In this document: positions 30,354 through 40,321 of the stretch, in pieces
Position numbering within the stretch: the first letter of the stretch is position 1
How the letters are laid out: the number at the start of each line of letters is the position of its first letter
NCBI GenBank assembly: GCA_037968875.1
Contig: JBBKWI010000024.1
Location: 4,328-68,327 of the forward strand
Source: Candidatus Sericytochromatia bacterium
Lineage (GTDB): Bacteria; Cyanobacteriota; Sericytochromatia; UBA7694
Reading direction: 5' to 3'
DNA length: 64,000 nucleotides
Position numbers and translations under genes: made by a program
Notes under the pieces: model-generated
What the model was told of the DNA's origin: nothing
Seen by the model: only the letters and a program-made list of their open reading frames with translations
Databases searched by the model: none

Positions 30354-31028
30354 AGTCACGCTCAAATAATAACCCTGTCCATAGCGTGTTTTAATTTGAC
30401 AGGCTGTTGGATAGGCTTTTAGCTGCTTGCGCAGACGACTGATCTGACTTTCAATCAAGTGTCCATCGCGCGTCTCAAGATAATCCTGATGCCAAACCTG
30501 CTGATAAATCTCTGCTTTGGAAAAAACTTTCTCGTGTTGAAACAATAAGTAGAGAATTTTTTTAGCGGTATCAGATAAAGGCAGTAAGCCAGCTTCCGTA
30601 TAAAATTGGTCACTGTCTATTGTATAGCTGATCCGCCCTTTTGGGGGTGTGGGTCCCTGAGCGCTGCGATTGACGGCCTGCAATTGCGCCTTGACACGGG
30701 CTAGCAATTCACGAATATCAATCGGCTTGACGATATAATCATTGGCCCCCGCCTCTAAAGCGTCCAGCTTTTTTTGCAAACCTCCCTCAGCAGAAAAAAA
30801 GACAATTGGAAAAGTATAAAGCTCCCTCAGACTTTTGCATAACTCAATGCCAGAGAGATCCGGTAAATCTAAGTCTAGAAGCACTAAATCAACAGAATTT
30901 GCTTGTAAGTACTGACTGGCTGCACTCGCCGTTAAGACCAATTCAGTCAGATAGCCGGTGGCTTCCAGCGTCATCTTGGTAAACGACCCCAAACGCAAAT
31001 CGTCTTCAATAATTAAGATTTTTTTCAA
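30342..31028 (-). CDS. OmpR-family response regulator
   Basis: Receiver domain (KKILIIEDD, LVLLDLDLPD, K in YIVKP) plus a winged-helix C-terminus (YQQVWH…LRKQL…GYYL). Confidence 0.85.
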   Translation of the reverse strand: MKKILIIEDDLRLGSFTKMTLEATGYLTELVLTASAASQYLQANSVDLVLLDLDLPDLSGIELCKSLRELYTFPIVFFSAEGGLQKKLDALEAGANDYIVKPIDIRELLARVKAQLQAVNRSAQGPTPPKGRISYTIDSDQFYTEAGLLPLSDTAKKILYLLFQHEKVFSKAEIYQQVWHQDYLETRDGHLIESQISRLRKQLKAYPTACQIKTRYGQGYYLSVTSEQ

Positions 31029-31909
31029 GAATTCTTTGATTCTGAAGCGCTTAAGGGAAGCAATAAAGGGTGTTCAGCTGCAAAAGTACGCAAGGCAGCC
31101 AAACTCTTTTGATATAATAGCTGATACTTCTGGCTAGATTTTAAGGCCTTTAACCAGAGTAACAGCGCTGCTTGCTTGGTCAAAATCAGCGCATCTGGCA
31201 CCTCAGCAAACAAGAGCTTCTCGCCCAGCTTAGCCAGGGGGTCTAAAGTCGTCGGTTGCAAAGCATAAACAAAGATTTGCAAACAATTTTTCTCGGGGCT
31301 ACTTGGCAAGCTATCGACTTGCTTTAGCATGCTCTCCAATTGCGTTTGATTTAAGGCTGCAGGATTGACCATCTGTAACAGCAACTCAGCATAGACCCAG
31401 ACGCTCTTGTCGAAGGCGTCAGTTTGAATCAAATAAGCTTGTTTTGCCAATCCCAAAGCCTGCTGAGAAAGCGCTACTTGTAAGCGCACAGCTTCTAAAA
31501 ATGCCAGTAATATTTGCAAGCAGACCGGGTGCTGATAGACTCCAAAAGCATTCATAATTAAGCTTTGGGCACTCAGCGAATCAGCTTGAATCGTTGTCGC
31601 ATAAAGCTTCAACAAAAAATGTAAAAAAGAAAGGGGCAAGTGGACCCGCACTTGATGCGGGCTATCTTTGGCTGTCGCCTGAAATCCAGCAGCCAAACGC
31701 AGGGCCTGGCTGTCCTCAAGGCTCAGCTCTAAAATCGTGACCAATTGCTTGACAGCCTTAAAAGAAGGCTGACGTTTATTGTTTTCAAGCAGGGATAAAT
31801 ACGATGCTGAAAACTCGGCTTTTTCAGCCAATTGTTTAAGCGAATACCCAGCTTGTTTACGTTCGGCTTTTAATCGCGGTCCAAAAGAGACTACATTTTC
31901 TTTGCGCAT
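31025..31909 (-). CDS. XRE-family HTH regulator with a long helical (TPR/RNPP-like) C-terminal domain
   Basis: HTH_3 (YSLKQLAEKAEFSASYLSLLENNKRQPS). 4-bp overlap with the downstream RR. Confidence 0.7.
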   Translation of the reverse strand: MRKENVVSFGPRLKAERKQAGYSLKQLAEKAEFSASYLSLLENNKRQPSFKAVKQLVTILELSLEDSQALRLAAGFQATAKDSPHQVRVHLPLSFLHFLLKLYATTIQADSLSAQSLIMNAFGVYQHPVCLQILLAFLEAVRLQVALSQQALGLAKQAYLIQTDAFDKSVWVYAELLLQMVNPAALNQTQLESMLKQVDSLPSSPEKNCLQIFVYALQPTTLDPLAKLGEKLLFAEVPDALILTKQAALLLWLKALKSSQKYQLLYQKSLAALRTFAAEHPLLLPLSASESKNS

Positions 31910-31964
31910 CTATGCATTATGACATATGGACTTCAAAGATTTGAAAGCAAATTCAAAAAAAACT

Positions 31965-32252
31965 TTAAACTTCAAACAAATACTGAAACTGAGGCTCTGA
32001 CGCCAATAGACTCAGTTGTTCAGGAGAGCCCGCTCCCCATTGCCGCAAAATAGCGTGCGCCTGAGCCAGCCACTTGTGTGGGTCTTGGATCTGCTGATAA
32101 GCTGCCTGACAATGCGAAAGATAGGCCCTTAGCACCGTACTCTCTTCGGGCATCAGAAAAGCAAGCTGAATCAATAAGGCCTGCCGCTGACCCGACTCGA
32201 GCAAAGAAACATCAGCTTCTGAGACATCGATCTGTTTAGCCAATTGCCCCAT
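31965..32252 (-). CDS. Small XRE-like HTH protein
   Basis: MGQLAKQIDVSEADVSLLESGQRQ resembles helices 2-3 of HTH_3. Confidence 0.45.
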   Translation of the reverse strand: MGQLAKQIDVSEADVSLLESGQRQALLIQLAFLMPEESTVLRAYLSHCQAAYQQIQDPHKWLAQAHAILRQWGAGSPEQLSLLASEPQFQYLFEV

Positions 32253-32361
32253 TGACAGGCCTTTGATAGACGTTTCAGCTCCTGGGGAAAGGTCATCTTG
32301 CTACCTCGTTAATCTGTCGCACCAAGCAACTTAGCGCGATGCTAACTCTCTTCAGCTCAGT

Positions 32362-35235
32362 CTATGGCAGGGGCTCATAGGCTCCTATCACAGTGGGGTC
32401 AGGATTTGACGGGTGATTAACTCCACGCACATCTTTGCCATTACCTGTCGTACCGGCTCCAATCAAAGGCGAGCCGGGAGCAGGAATAAAGCCGTCATCA
32501 CTGGTTCTCCAGATTCCATCAGCACCGGCAGGCGTAGCCGCAGCTTGAAAGCCAGGGACCAGATTGAAGATCAGGTTCGTCGTTGTCGGGGCTGCAAAGG
32601 TACTGGCGCCTTCATTGAGCAAGGTAGCTATATCCGGCAGATTGGTCGCGTTGTTGGTTAGCGTTGAAGCGACATCTTCTGTTCTGGCAATATTATTGTC
32701 GACAAAGAGACTATTTGCCAAATTCAGGCTTCGACTGAAAAAGTCCCAGACCAGCGCCTGACCCATGGCTTGATTGGATGTATTCTGAATAAAGCTATTG
32801 TGCCTAAAAGTGTCTGAGCTGCTGCCATTGCCACCGATAAAAGCACCGCCACCGTTGCTATTGGCATGATTTGCATAAAAGAGATTGTTAGACATCTCAA
32901 TATAGCTGCCTCCTGAACTGTGTCTCCAGGCTCCACCACCGCTGAAAGCGTCATTGCCCAGCGAGCTGTTTTGGGCAAAGACATTCCGAAAGACAGAGGC
33001 TCTGTTCGTGCTTGAAGACACAGCCCCACCACTATCGTTGGCCGTGTTTTGTAAGAATACATTATCCTCAATAATCACGGGGCTTTCAACAAAGCCATTT
33101 TGATCAATCGATGCGGCCCCGCCAGAAGAAGCTTGATTGCTTTTAAATATATTTCGATACAGTCTGATCACATTGCTACTACCGATGGCGCCACCGGAAT
33201 CAGATGCCTGATTGTTTTCGAGGCGGCTATCTTGTACGATCATGGTTGCGGCATTAAAGACACCGCCACCGCTTGAGTTAGCCAGATTAGATTCAAAGCG
33301 TGAACTTTGCTCTACCAGTAGATCATTAATACTAGCAACCCCGGCCCCATAATGAGCCGAATTGTTTCTAAAAACAACTCCCTGGAGCGTCAGTTTCCCC
33401 AGATTAAAAACACCCCCGCCACTGTCCTCGTCCAAATTCGGAGGAGGATCACCGCCTCCAGGTCCACCAGGGTCTGGAAAGCCACAACAGCCTCCGCCGC
33501 CTCCATTAGGATCTTCAGGCTGTCCGTCGTCATTACCGTTGGCGTTGCCATCACTGACAATCAAGTTTTTCAAGATCGCTCCGCTGCCTGCGACTGCATC
33601 AGTGACTTTGAGCACATGATAGCTGTTTTCAGAGCGCGTTGCGTCATTGATATCGCCCGCTGGAACCGTGTCATTCTGGTTTAAATCTCCGCTGAGAATG
33701 GTTTCATATAGCGTGAGATCACTTTGAGAAGCAGTCGTCTCAGTACCGCTAAAGCCTCCAATTAAAGTCAAGGGCCTAGTGATCTCAAAGCTGACACTGC
33801 GATCGGTGTCGCTGGGGGTATACAATCCGGCCTGCAGCCAAATTTGCTCGTCAGTACCCGCATCTGCCAGGGCCCGTGTCAGCGTGGTCGCCCGTTCCCA
33901 GGCATCTCCCAGCGCAAGCGCGTCCCCATCGGTTTTGACGTACCAGACTTTTTGAACTTCAAAGGTTTCACTCGCTGAGGTTTGGGCACCGATTGCTACG
34001 GTTACATTTTGCACCGCTGCATTAACAACCTCGGGTACGGTGACTGTCAATTGTGTGCTGCTGGCGGCGGTCACGGTGGCCGTAATAACATTGGCCCCCT
34101 CTGTGAAAGTCACCACATTGGTGGCGGCATCGGTGTGAAAATTCTCGCCATCGATTAAAAACTCGGTTTTGCGTGGCCCCTTGGTAATCGAAAAACTATC
34201 AATACTGGGTGTGGTGTAGGTCAAATTAACATTGGCCCGGTTGAGACTGTCACCGGCAACAAAGGTCAGGGTTTCCGCTGGAAATAATCCGCTGTAGCTG
34301 ATGCCAGCGTTTTGCGCAATACTGAGTTCCCAGGTGCCTGGCAAAATATTATTAATTGTGATCGGGCCATTGCCAACCTCTATCAGCGGACTGGTGGGAT
34401 CTTGCAAACGCACTTTGACTTTGTCACTACCCACCAGACCCGAGACATTAAACTGCAGGCTGGCTGTATTGCGAATATATTGTGAGCCGGGGGTCAGGCT
34501 GGCCTGGAAATTAGCGGGAATCCCCTGAGTCCCGGTTAAAGCCGTGACCAATTGCCCCGCGACGAAACGAGACGGATCAACAGTAAAGCTGGTGCCGTTC
34601 CAGCCCAGCACATTATTGAGTATCGTTTTCAGTTGGTCGACCTCAAGTTTGACGAGCAAAGCGGGGTCTGAACTCTGAAGGCTTTCCATGGTTTCTGCCA
34701 GTGGGATCTGGGCGCGATTGATCACAACACTTACCGAATCATTACTCCCGGAGGAATAAACTCCTTTGGCATAAGCCGTGGCGACTTCTGTTTTGCCGAT
34801 ATCATAAAACTGAGCCGTGAGCACCCGATTTTGGCCCTTGGGAATCTGGCCAAAAGTAGCCGTTGCGCCACCTGGCCCAGTGACATTAATATAATTGTCA
34901 GCGTCTCCACCCGTGGCATAAACACGCCCATTGAAGCCTGGTCCGGTGACCCAGATTCTTAAATAACTCAGAGTAGAGGTATCCAGCGCCTGGGTTTTGA
35001 AACCGTCTCCAAGTTGGATCGTGATTTTGTCAAAATTCTCGCCAGAAACAATTTTCGCTGCTAAGCTGTGGGGCTCTGCCAGTTTGGGTAGCAGAGGTGC
35101 CGCCGGGGCCAGTGGCATCACGCTCACCGTTGATGCCAGGGTAGGTGAAGTCGGTGTAGCCGGTACCGTTGTCTGGGGGCTACATGCCGCCAAAAGACCT
35201 ACCGCCAACGCATAGTTTACTAGTTGTTTCATCAA
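32362..35235 (-). CDS. Large surface lipoprotein: signal/lipobox + IPT/TIG domain + parallel beta-helix with polymorphic-membrane-protein (Pmp/Chlam_PMP) repeats
   Basis: Lipobox LLAACS. IPT-like segment (FSITKGPRKTEFLIDGENF…TVTVPEV). At least 8 repeats of the F(x)xN…GGA(I/V) type (FRNNSAHYGAGV, LENNQASDSGGAI, FLQNTANDSGGAV…). Unusual GGGGGCCGFPDPGGPGGGDPPP insert. Confidence 0.7.
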   Translation of the reverse strand: MMKQLVNYALAVGLLAACSPQTTVPATPTSPTLASTVSVMPLAPAAPLLPKLAEPHSLAAKIVSGENFDKITIQLGDGFKTQALDTSTLSYLRIWVTGPGFNGRVYATGGDADNYINVTGPGGATATFGQIPKGQNRVLTAQFYDIGKTEVATAYAKGVYSSGSNDSVSVVINRAQIPLAETMESLQSSDPALLVKLEVDQLKTILNNVLGWNGTSFTVDPSRFVAGQLVTALTGTQGIPANFQASLTPGSQYIRNTASLQFNVSGLVGSDKVKVRLQDPTSPLIEVGNGPITINNILPGTWELSIAQNAGISYSGLFPAETLTFVAGDSLNRANVNLTYTTPSIDSFSITKGPRKTEFLIDGENFHTDAATNVVTFTEGANVITATVTAASSTQLTVTVPEVVNAAVQNVTVAIGAQTSASETFEVQKVWYVKTDGDALALGDAWERATTLTRALADAGTDEQIWLQAGLYTPSDTDRSVSFEITRPLTLIGGFSGTETTASQSDLTLYETILSGDLNQNDTVPAGDINDATRSENSYHVLKVTDAVAGSGAILKNLIVSDGNANGNDDGQPEDPNGGGGGCCGFPDPGGPGGGDPPPNLDEDSGGGVFNLGKLTLQGVVFRNNSAHYGAGVASINDLLVEQSSRFESNLANSSGGGVFNAATMIVQDSRLENNQASDSGGAIGSSNVIRLYRNIFKSNQASSGGAASIDQNGFVESPVIIEDNVFLQNTANDSGGAVSSSTNRASVFRNVFAQNSSLGNDAFSGGGAWRHSSGGSYIEMSNNLFYANHANSNGGGAFIGGNGSSSDTFRHNSFIQNTSNQAMGQALVWDFFSRSLNLANSLFVDNNIARTEDVASTLTNNATNLPDIATLLNEGASTFAAPTTTNLIFNLVPGFQAAATPAGADGIWRTSDDGFIPAPGSPLIGAGTTGNGKDVRGVNHPSNPDPTVIGAYEPLP

Positions 35236-35248
35236 AGAGACACTCCCA

Positions 35249-36670
35249 TTATTTTTTGTTGACCTGATACCGCCACAAGAGACGAAGATCTGAATTAATT
35301 TCTATCCACTGAGATCGACTGCTGTGCTCAATCAAAGTATGGCCATTGTCTAAACGTAAGGCCCGGGTGGGTCGCATCATGCGTAAGCCAGCCCCAGAAA
35401 GCAAGGCCCAGACAATCTTTCCTGCTGAATCCACTTCTAAAATGCGACTATTACCCGTATCCGTGATCAAGACATGCCCATTGGCCAAAAGCTGTGCATA
35501 CTCTGGTGCAAAGAGATGATTTTCGTCCCGCCCAAATTTGCATGGGGTTCCGAATTGCCAAATCACTTCACCCTCTGAGTTCATACGTGACACCGTATGT
35601 TCTCGAACGTCAGCCACAACTAACTCGCCAGCCAGAGCGTGCACAGAAGCAGGCGCACGACCATAAGAGAGCTGCCTTAAGACTTTGCCCTCTTTGGTAA
35701 GCATCAAGACTTGCCCTTTGCCTGTATTGGCAATCCAAAGATTCTCTTGCTCATCCTGACAAAGATCGCGGGCCTGATTGAGGCCCAGATCTGGCAGCGC
35801 CTCTGGTTTGCTACCACCCTTTAACTCACATTTGAAGAGCTGGTTTTGGCCCATATCTAAGACCCATCTGAAGCTCGTTGTTTCTAAGGCATGAACCGGC
35901 TGTACCCACTCATCCTGATTGCCGATAACCGTTGAGACCTCGCCGCTTGAACTGAGTTTTTGCAGTTGGGCATTGGAATTATCACGCACCCAAATTTCAA
36001 AACTAGACTCAGAAGCCAGCACAGAAACAGCTGCCGCAGCCGGTTGTATACGTGCCTGCTTACGTTCTTGAACTGCCTGATGGGTCTGCTGCGTTTGTTG
36101 ACGCTGAGTCTGCAAGGTCTGCAAACGTTCTTTTAAGCGTTCCCGCTCAGACTCGGAACGCAATTGCTCCTGCATACTGCGTTCCTGGGCTAAGTGGATC
36201 AAACGGTCACGAACATCAGGGTAAGCCGGCAGCAATTGATCCAAGTCTGCCTGGCCCAAACAAAAGACTTCACAATAGCCCTTGGCTCTCACGGTTGCAT
36301 TTCGTTTTTGGCCTGTCATCAGCGCCACTTCACCAAAGATGTCTCCGGGCGCCATACGGGCCACGACATCCGTTATTTTTGGCCCCATCACTTCGACCTC
36401 ACCCTGTCGGATCAGATACATGTCTTCGCCAGTATCACCTTTGGTCACAATGGCCTCGCCCTTGTTATATACACGGGTACGAATTAGCTCTGCAATTTCG
36501 CTAAAAAACGACTCAGGCGCCTGACTAAACAAAGAGACTTTTTTCAACATTTCAATCAGTGAATGCTGGCTACCCCCCTGGAATTGCGTGGGATCATGAG
36601 CACGGCTATAAAACGCATTTGTCGGCGCTTTATTGTCTTTGGCTGACGAGAGTTGTAAGTCTTGCATCAA
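35249..36670 (-). CDS. Cyclic-nucleotide-binding domain protein fused to a coiled coil and an NHL/beta-propeller-like repeat domain
   Basis: cNMP beta-roll (GEAIVTKGDTGEDMYLIRQGEVEV…FGEVALMTGQKRNATVRA). Q-rich coiled coil. Four or more repeats such as VLITDTGNSRILEVDSAGKIVW. Confidence 0.7.
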   Translation of the reverse strand: MMQDLQLSSAKDNKAPTNAFYSRAHDPTQFQGGSQHSLIEMLKKVSLFSQAPESFFSEIAELIRTRVYNKGEAIVTKGDTGEDMYLIRQGEVEVMGPKITDVVARMAPGDIFGEVALMTGQKRNATVRAKGYCEVFCLGQADLDQLLPAYPDVRDRLIHLAQERSMQEQLRSESERERLKERLQTLQTQRQQTQQTHQAVQERKQARIQPAAAAVSVLASESSFEIWVRDNSNAQLQKLSSSGEVSTVIGNQDEWVQPVHALETTSFRWVLDMGQNQLFKCELKGGSKPEALPDLGLNQARDLCQDEQENLWIANTGKGQVLMLTKEGKVLRQLSYGRAPASVHALAGELVVADVREHTVSRMNSEGEVIWQFGTPCKFGRDENHLFAPEYAQLLANGHVLITDTGNSRILEVDSAGKIVWALLSGAGLRMMRPTRALRLDNGHTLIEHSSRSQWIEINSDLRLLWRYQVNKK

Positions 36671-36706
36671 AAAAGAAGCACTAACCGATTGGGTCTCCGT
36701 ATCGAC

Positions 36707-38782
36707 TCACAAGAGACGATACGCATCGTAGATCAAGCAATTCTGATCCAACCATTTGATCCCACCGGGCTCCTGAATCTGATAGCGAGGGGATGAAACC
36801 GGTGTTGGGATAACCCTACTTTCCAGGGTCTCTATCTGAATAATTTCAACGCTTTGCGCTTTGGGATCAAAGACCGCTATATTTTCTCTCGAAGCCGCCA
36901 CAACAGCCGGATCACCGGACAGCTGGAACTCATTTAAGATGGCCCCCTGGTGGTCGACTTGCTTTAATTGTCCCTTTTCACATAAAATCCAGATATCTTC
37001 GGCGGTGGCACAATCAATCACAGCAGCGTCTATTTTCCATTGGAACTCACCATTTATATTAAAAGCCTCTAGAACACCGGCACTGGTATCCAGCCCCAAA
37101 ACCAGAGGAGATGACGACTTCAAAAAACGGACCTGGTTCCAATGATGATCTTGACTGCTGACCTGCCATTCCTGTTTAGCTGAGAGGTTCCAACAGGTGG
37201 CTTCTCCGCTTTCTATGTCCAGAATCAAAAAAGAACTTCCCATCCAGACAAAATCTACTGGCCGGTAGATATTAAGCCAACTGGAGTCCAATTGCCAAAT
37301 CACTTTTAAATCTGAATTCAATTGCAAGAGTCGGTTATTCAGCGGATCCGCTAAAGTAAAGTGCCCAGCAGGCAAGCGAGTATAGACCACGTCAGGCTCA
37401 GAGCTCTCAAGCTCAGGAACAAACTCAGCTGCCGAGGCGATCATAATACCCGCCGATTCCAATTGGGCAAAGAGATCACGTCGATTGAGCTTCAAGCCGA
37501 CAGTATATTTACCCATCAGATGATAAATCACCACATCCAGCGTCTCATTGCTGCGTAAGAGCTGCGCCAATTGCTCTGCATGGATCACGACTTCTTGTTC
37601 TTCGCTTTGGCGGGGTGGCAAAGCCATTTGTACGCCATGCTCTTCTTGTAAGCGAGTCTGAATCATTTCCAGAATCACCTCACGGGTTCTGGTAGGCAAA
37701 TCTATAGGCGTTGCGTTTTTGGCACTCAGAATCAATAACTGGCTTTTAAATTGTGGCAAACTGAGGCCAAAACTGGCCAAGAGCGCTTTGACCACCACCG
37801 GTTGGGTTTCAGGCAAAAATTCCCGTTGTCGTTTCATCAGGGCCTGGTACTCAGGATTGATATGCGCTCTGGCCAACAGAGCAGGCCAGGTCCGCTTGGC
37901 TGGCTGAGATTTAGAAATGACCTTGGCTGTTTGTATATCCACCCAGGTTAAGACTGGAGTCAAGGGATCCGGCAGGGGCTGATGGGTCAGGACCGCCAGG
38001 CGAGCTTGCTGCTTATCAATCAGCATCAAATCTGCAGGCGTATCCGTCAGGTGGGCATAGCCACTCCCCGTCAAAGCAATCTCGCGGGTTTGCTGAGTGT
38101 CGAGCTCAAAGTGATGCAGAGTACTTTTTTTGTGACTATCTAAAACCCATAAACTGCGATCATCTAAAAGCACGTGGGTCGGAAATTTCCAGAGACCTTC
38201 AATCGGTTTTATTTCAGTGTCTGCGATATTCCATTGCCAGACCTGCCGGGAATCTGCTCCTGCTAAATAAGCCAGCTTCCGTTCAGGATCAAGGGCAACC
38301 GTGAGCACCTTCTCGCCTTCGAAGGCCGCAAACTGGTGTTGTGCAATCTGCTGCTCTTGTTCCAGGTCAAAGATCAGCACCTCTGCTTCTCTGCGGTTGA
38401 CCACTGCTAACCACTGCAAATTAGCTGACAGAAACAGATCATAAGGACCTTGTGCTGGCCGATTGGTATAAGCTCCCGGAAAAATCAAGTTTTGGGTTTC
38501 GAAAAAATAAGCGGGCGGCAAACCACTGGTATCTTCGTAAAGATAAGATCCCTGATCCAAACTAAAGCCATAACAATCTTTATCCACAGGCCAGGGCAAC
38601 ATACGGGCCGTGCCGGACTCTGAATCTAGTGCACCCAAACTTTGCCCATTCATTTTTAAATTGGGCTGCTCTATTTTGCGGCGAGCTGGCAGATCAAAGC
38701 AAACCTGAGTTTGCTCCTGATTGACCTGCTTCGTTATGATCAATTGACAATGTGATAAATCCACCCAACAATCTATGGTCAT
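36707..38782 (-). CDS. 691-aa hypothetical protein with propeller-like repeats in its N- and C-terminal thirds
   Basis: Repeats of the NNRLLQLNSDLKVIWQ type. No catalytic motif recognised. 2-nt gap to the upstream gene. Confidence 0.5.
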   Translation of the reverse strand: MTIDCWVDLSHCQLIITKQVNQEQTQVCFDLPARRKIEQPNLKMNGQSLGALDSESGTARMLPWPVDKDCYGFSLDQGSYLYEDTSGLPPAYFFETQNLIFPGAYTNRPAQGPYDLFLSANLQWLAVVNRREAEVLIFDLEQEQQIAQHQFAAFEGEKVLTVALDPERKLAYLAGADSRQVWQWNIADTEIKPIEGLWKFPTHVLLDDRSLWVLDSHKKSTLHHFELDTQQTREIALTGSGYAHLTDTPADLMLIDKQQARLAVLTHQPLPDPLTPVLTWVDIQTAKVISKSQPAKRTWPALLARAHINPEYQALMKRQREFLPETQPVVVKALLASFGLSLPQFKSQLLILSAKNATPIDLPTRTREVILEMIQTRLQEEHGVQMALPPRQSEEQEVVIHAEQLAQLLRSNETLDVVIYHLMGKYTVGLKLNRRDLFAQLESAGIMIASAAEFVPELESSEPDVVYTRLPAGHFTLADPLNNRLLQLNSDLKVIWQLDSSWLNIYRPVDFVWMGSSFLILDIESGEATCWNLSAKQEWQVSSQDHHWNQVRFLKSSSPLVLGLDTSAGVLEAFNINGEFQWKIDAAVIDCATAEDIWILCEKGQLKQVDHQGAILNEFQLSGDPAVVAASRENIAVFDPKAQSVEIIQIETLESRVIPTPVSSPRYQIQEPGGIKWLDQNCLIYDAYRLL

Positions 38783-38784
38783 GT

Positions 38785-39822
38785 TTAGATTCCTTCCAAA
38801 TTAATCGAGGCACTATTGATAGAATCAGACGAGGGGCTACTGCCACCACTACCTGAGCCCCCCGTACCAGCGCCTCCAGCTTCGGTATCGCTAGTCTCAG
38901 TGGCTTGCAATACCTCTGGCCCAATATCGCCAGGGTTGTCTGTCAAGAGTGACGGAAAGCGACGCGCAAGATTATCAAGGGTATCGAGATACTGATTGAG
39001 CTCCTGAGTAAAGGCCGTATTCTTAACGAGTGCTTCCAAGTCAAAGCGACCCAGGTAACGATTCAGGATGGCTTCAAAAGCCCCGACCCGATTAATCAGA
39101 ACACGCACCCGATAATAATTGGCTAATAATATGCCTGCGCTGAGGCGTTTCTGCGCCTGGCTTTGTTCAAATAAAATCGCAATTGCCGTGGTTCTGGGGC
39201 TGACACCGGCAAAGCTAGTTGTAGACTCTGTCAGTTGACGATAGCCACGCAGATGGAATTTCTGCTCTTTGTCTGCTTTTGCATCGATTCGAACCAACAG
39301 ATTTTGTTTTAGACCGGCAACCTCAAATGCGCCCCGATCATCAGAACGACCTTCAGCCAGGACTTCACCCTCGGTACTGCTAACCACGATACCAAAAGGC
39401 ACCTCACGATAGGCTTGCCCCACGAGAATGGTTTCTTGCAGAGTCTGAAAGCCAGAAGGCATCAAAATACCTGAAGGCATCAAAATACCTGATGGCATCA
39501 GAATACCCGATGGCATCAAAATACCATTTTGGGTTTGCTGCATACCTGAAGGCATCAGAATTTGACCCGCCAGCTGGACGGAAGCGTTTTGAACACCTGA
39601 AGGCAACAAAATTTGATTGCCATCCACAATCGGGGTTTGAATAGGCACACCTGGCGTCAGCGGTATGGCCCCCTGAATTGAACCTATATTCGCCCCAGGA
39701 GCAGTATTTTGCCCTGCGCCTACCTGGGCAGACGTCGAGGATGACGAGCCAGAGTTTGAACTGGGAGAACTACAGGCAGCCAGACTTAAACAAGCGATTA
39801 AAAATAAGGGTTTCCACTTCAT
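38785..39822 (-). CDS. Lipoprotein with a Ser/Gly linker, (G)ILMPSG x5-6 tandem repeats, and a carboxypeptidase-regulatory-like (transthyretin-fold) domain (start at MKWKP)
   Basis: Lipobox LSLAACSS. Repeat tract. VVSSTEGEVLAEGRSDDRGAFEVAGL is prealbumin-like. The C-terminus is G/S-rich. Confidence 0.6.
   Translation of the reverse strand: MKWKPLFLIACLSLAACSSPSSNSGSSSSTSAQVGAGQNTAPGANIGSIQGAIPLTPGVPIQTPIVDGNQILLPSGVQNASVQLAGQILMPSGMQQTQNGILMPSGILMPSGILMPSGILMPSGFQTLQETILVGQAYREVPFGIVVSSTEGEVLAEGRSDDRGAFEVAGLKQNLLVRIDAKADKEQKFHLRGYRQLTESTTSFAGVSPRTTAIAILFEQSQAQKRLSAGILLANYYRVRVLINRVGAFEAILNRYLGRFDLEALVKNTAFTQELNQYLDTLDNLARRFPSLLTDNPGDIGPEVLQATETSDTEAGGAGTGGSGSGGSSPSSDSINSASINLEGI
39453..39525 (-). 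repeat. 18-bp in-frame tandem repeat (about 4 copies) encoding the ILMPSG repeats
   Basis: cctga(a/t)ggcatca(a/g)aata repeated on the plus strand. Confidence 0.75.
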
Positions 39823-39873
39823 GATCTGAGCTCCGGAATGAAATATTGAAAAAGAGCGCCATCTGTCAGGCAC

Positions 39874-40321
39874 TCAGCGCTGCTAAAAAAGTCAAGGAGT
39901 ACAAAGCGACTCCTGTTTAATACTGTAAATAAAGGCATTATATAATGATTAACAAAACACCCTTAAATATAAATAGTTAAGTTTACAATAACACATATAA
40001 ATTTCCAAAGAACAGTTTAAAAATTAATTTCAGCTAAAACCCGCCCAATCAGTGCTATAAATAAGCACTGACAACTCTAAGCCCGAATCAAATCTGCTCA
40101 TCTACCCTCAAAAATCAAACTCTGTTTCAAGACAATTATTAAAATATTTCTGAAATTTCTTTTGCTATAACCAACAAAATTAACAAGTCAATTTATTGAT
40201 TCCAGTCATTAAAGTATTTCATTTTTTTTAAAAGTTGATTAAGAAATGGAATCTGACACATTATCTTTAATAAAACTCTATATCTGTTAACTATAGAGTT
40301 TTATCAAGTGAGGTCAAAATT
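39874..40321. promoter_or_regulatory. About 450 bp of strongly AT-rich divergent intergenic region. Likely promoters for the minus-strand 4-gene operon and for the 40322 gene.
   Basis: Sharp AT skew relative to the ~50% GC flanks. Confidence 0.4.
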
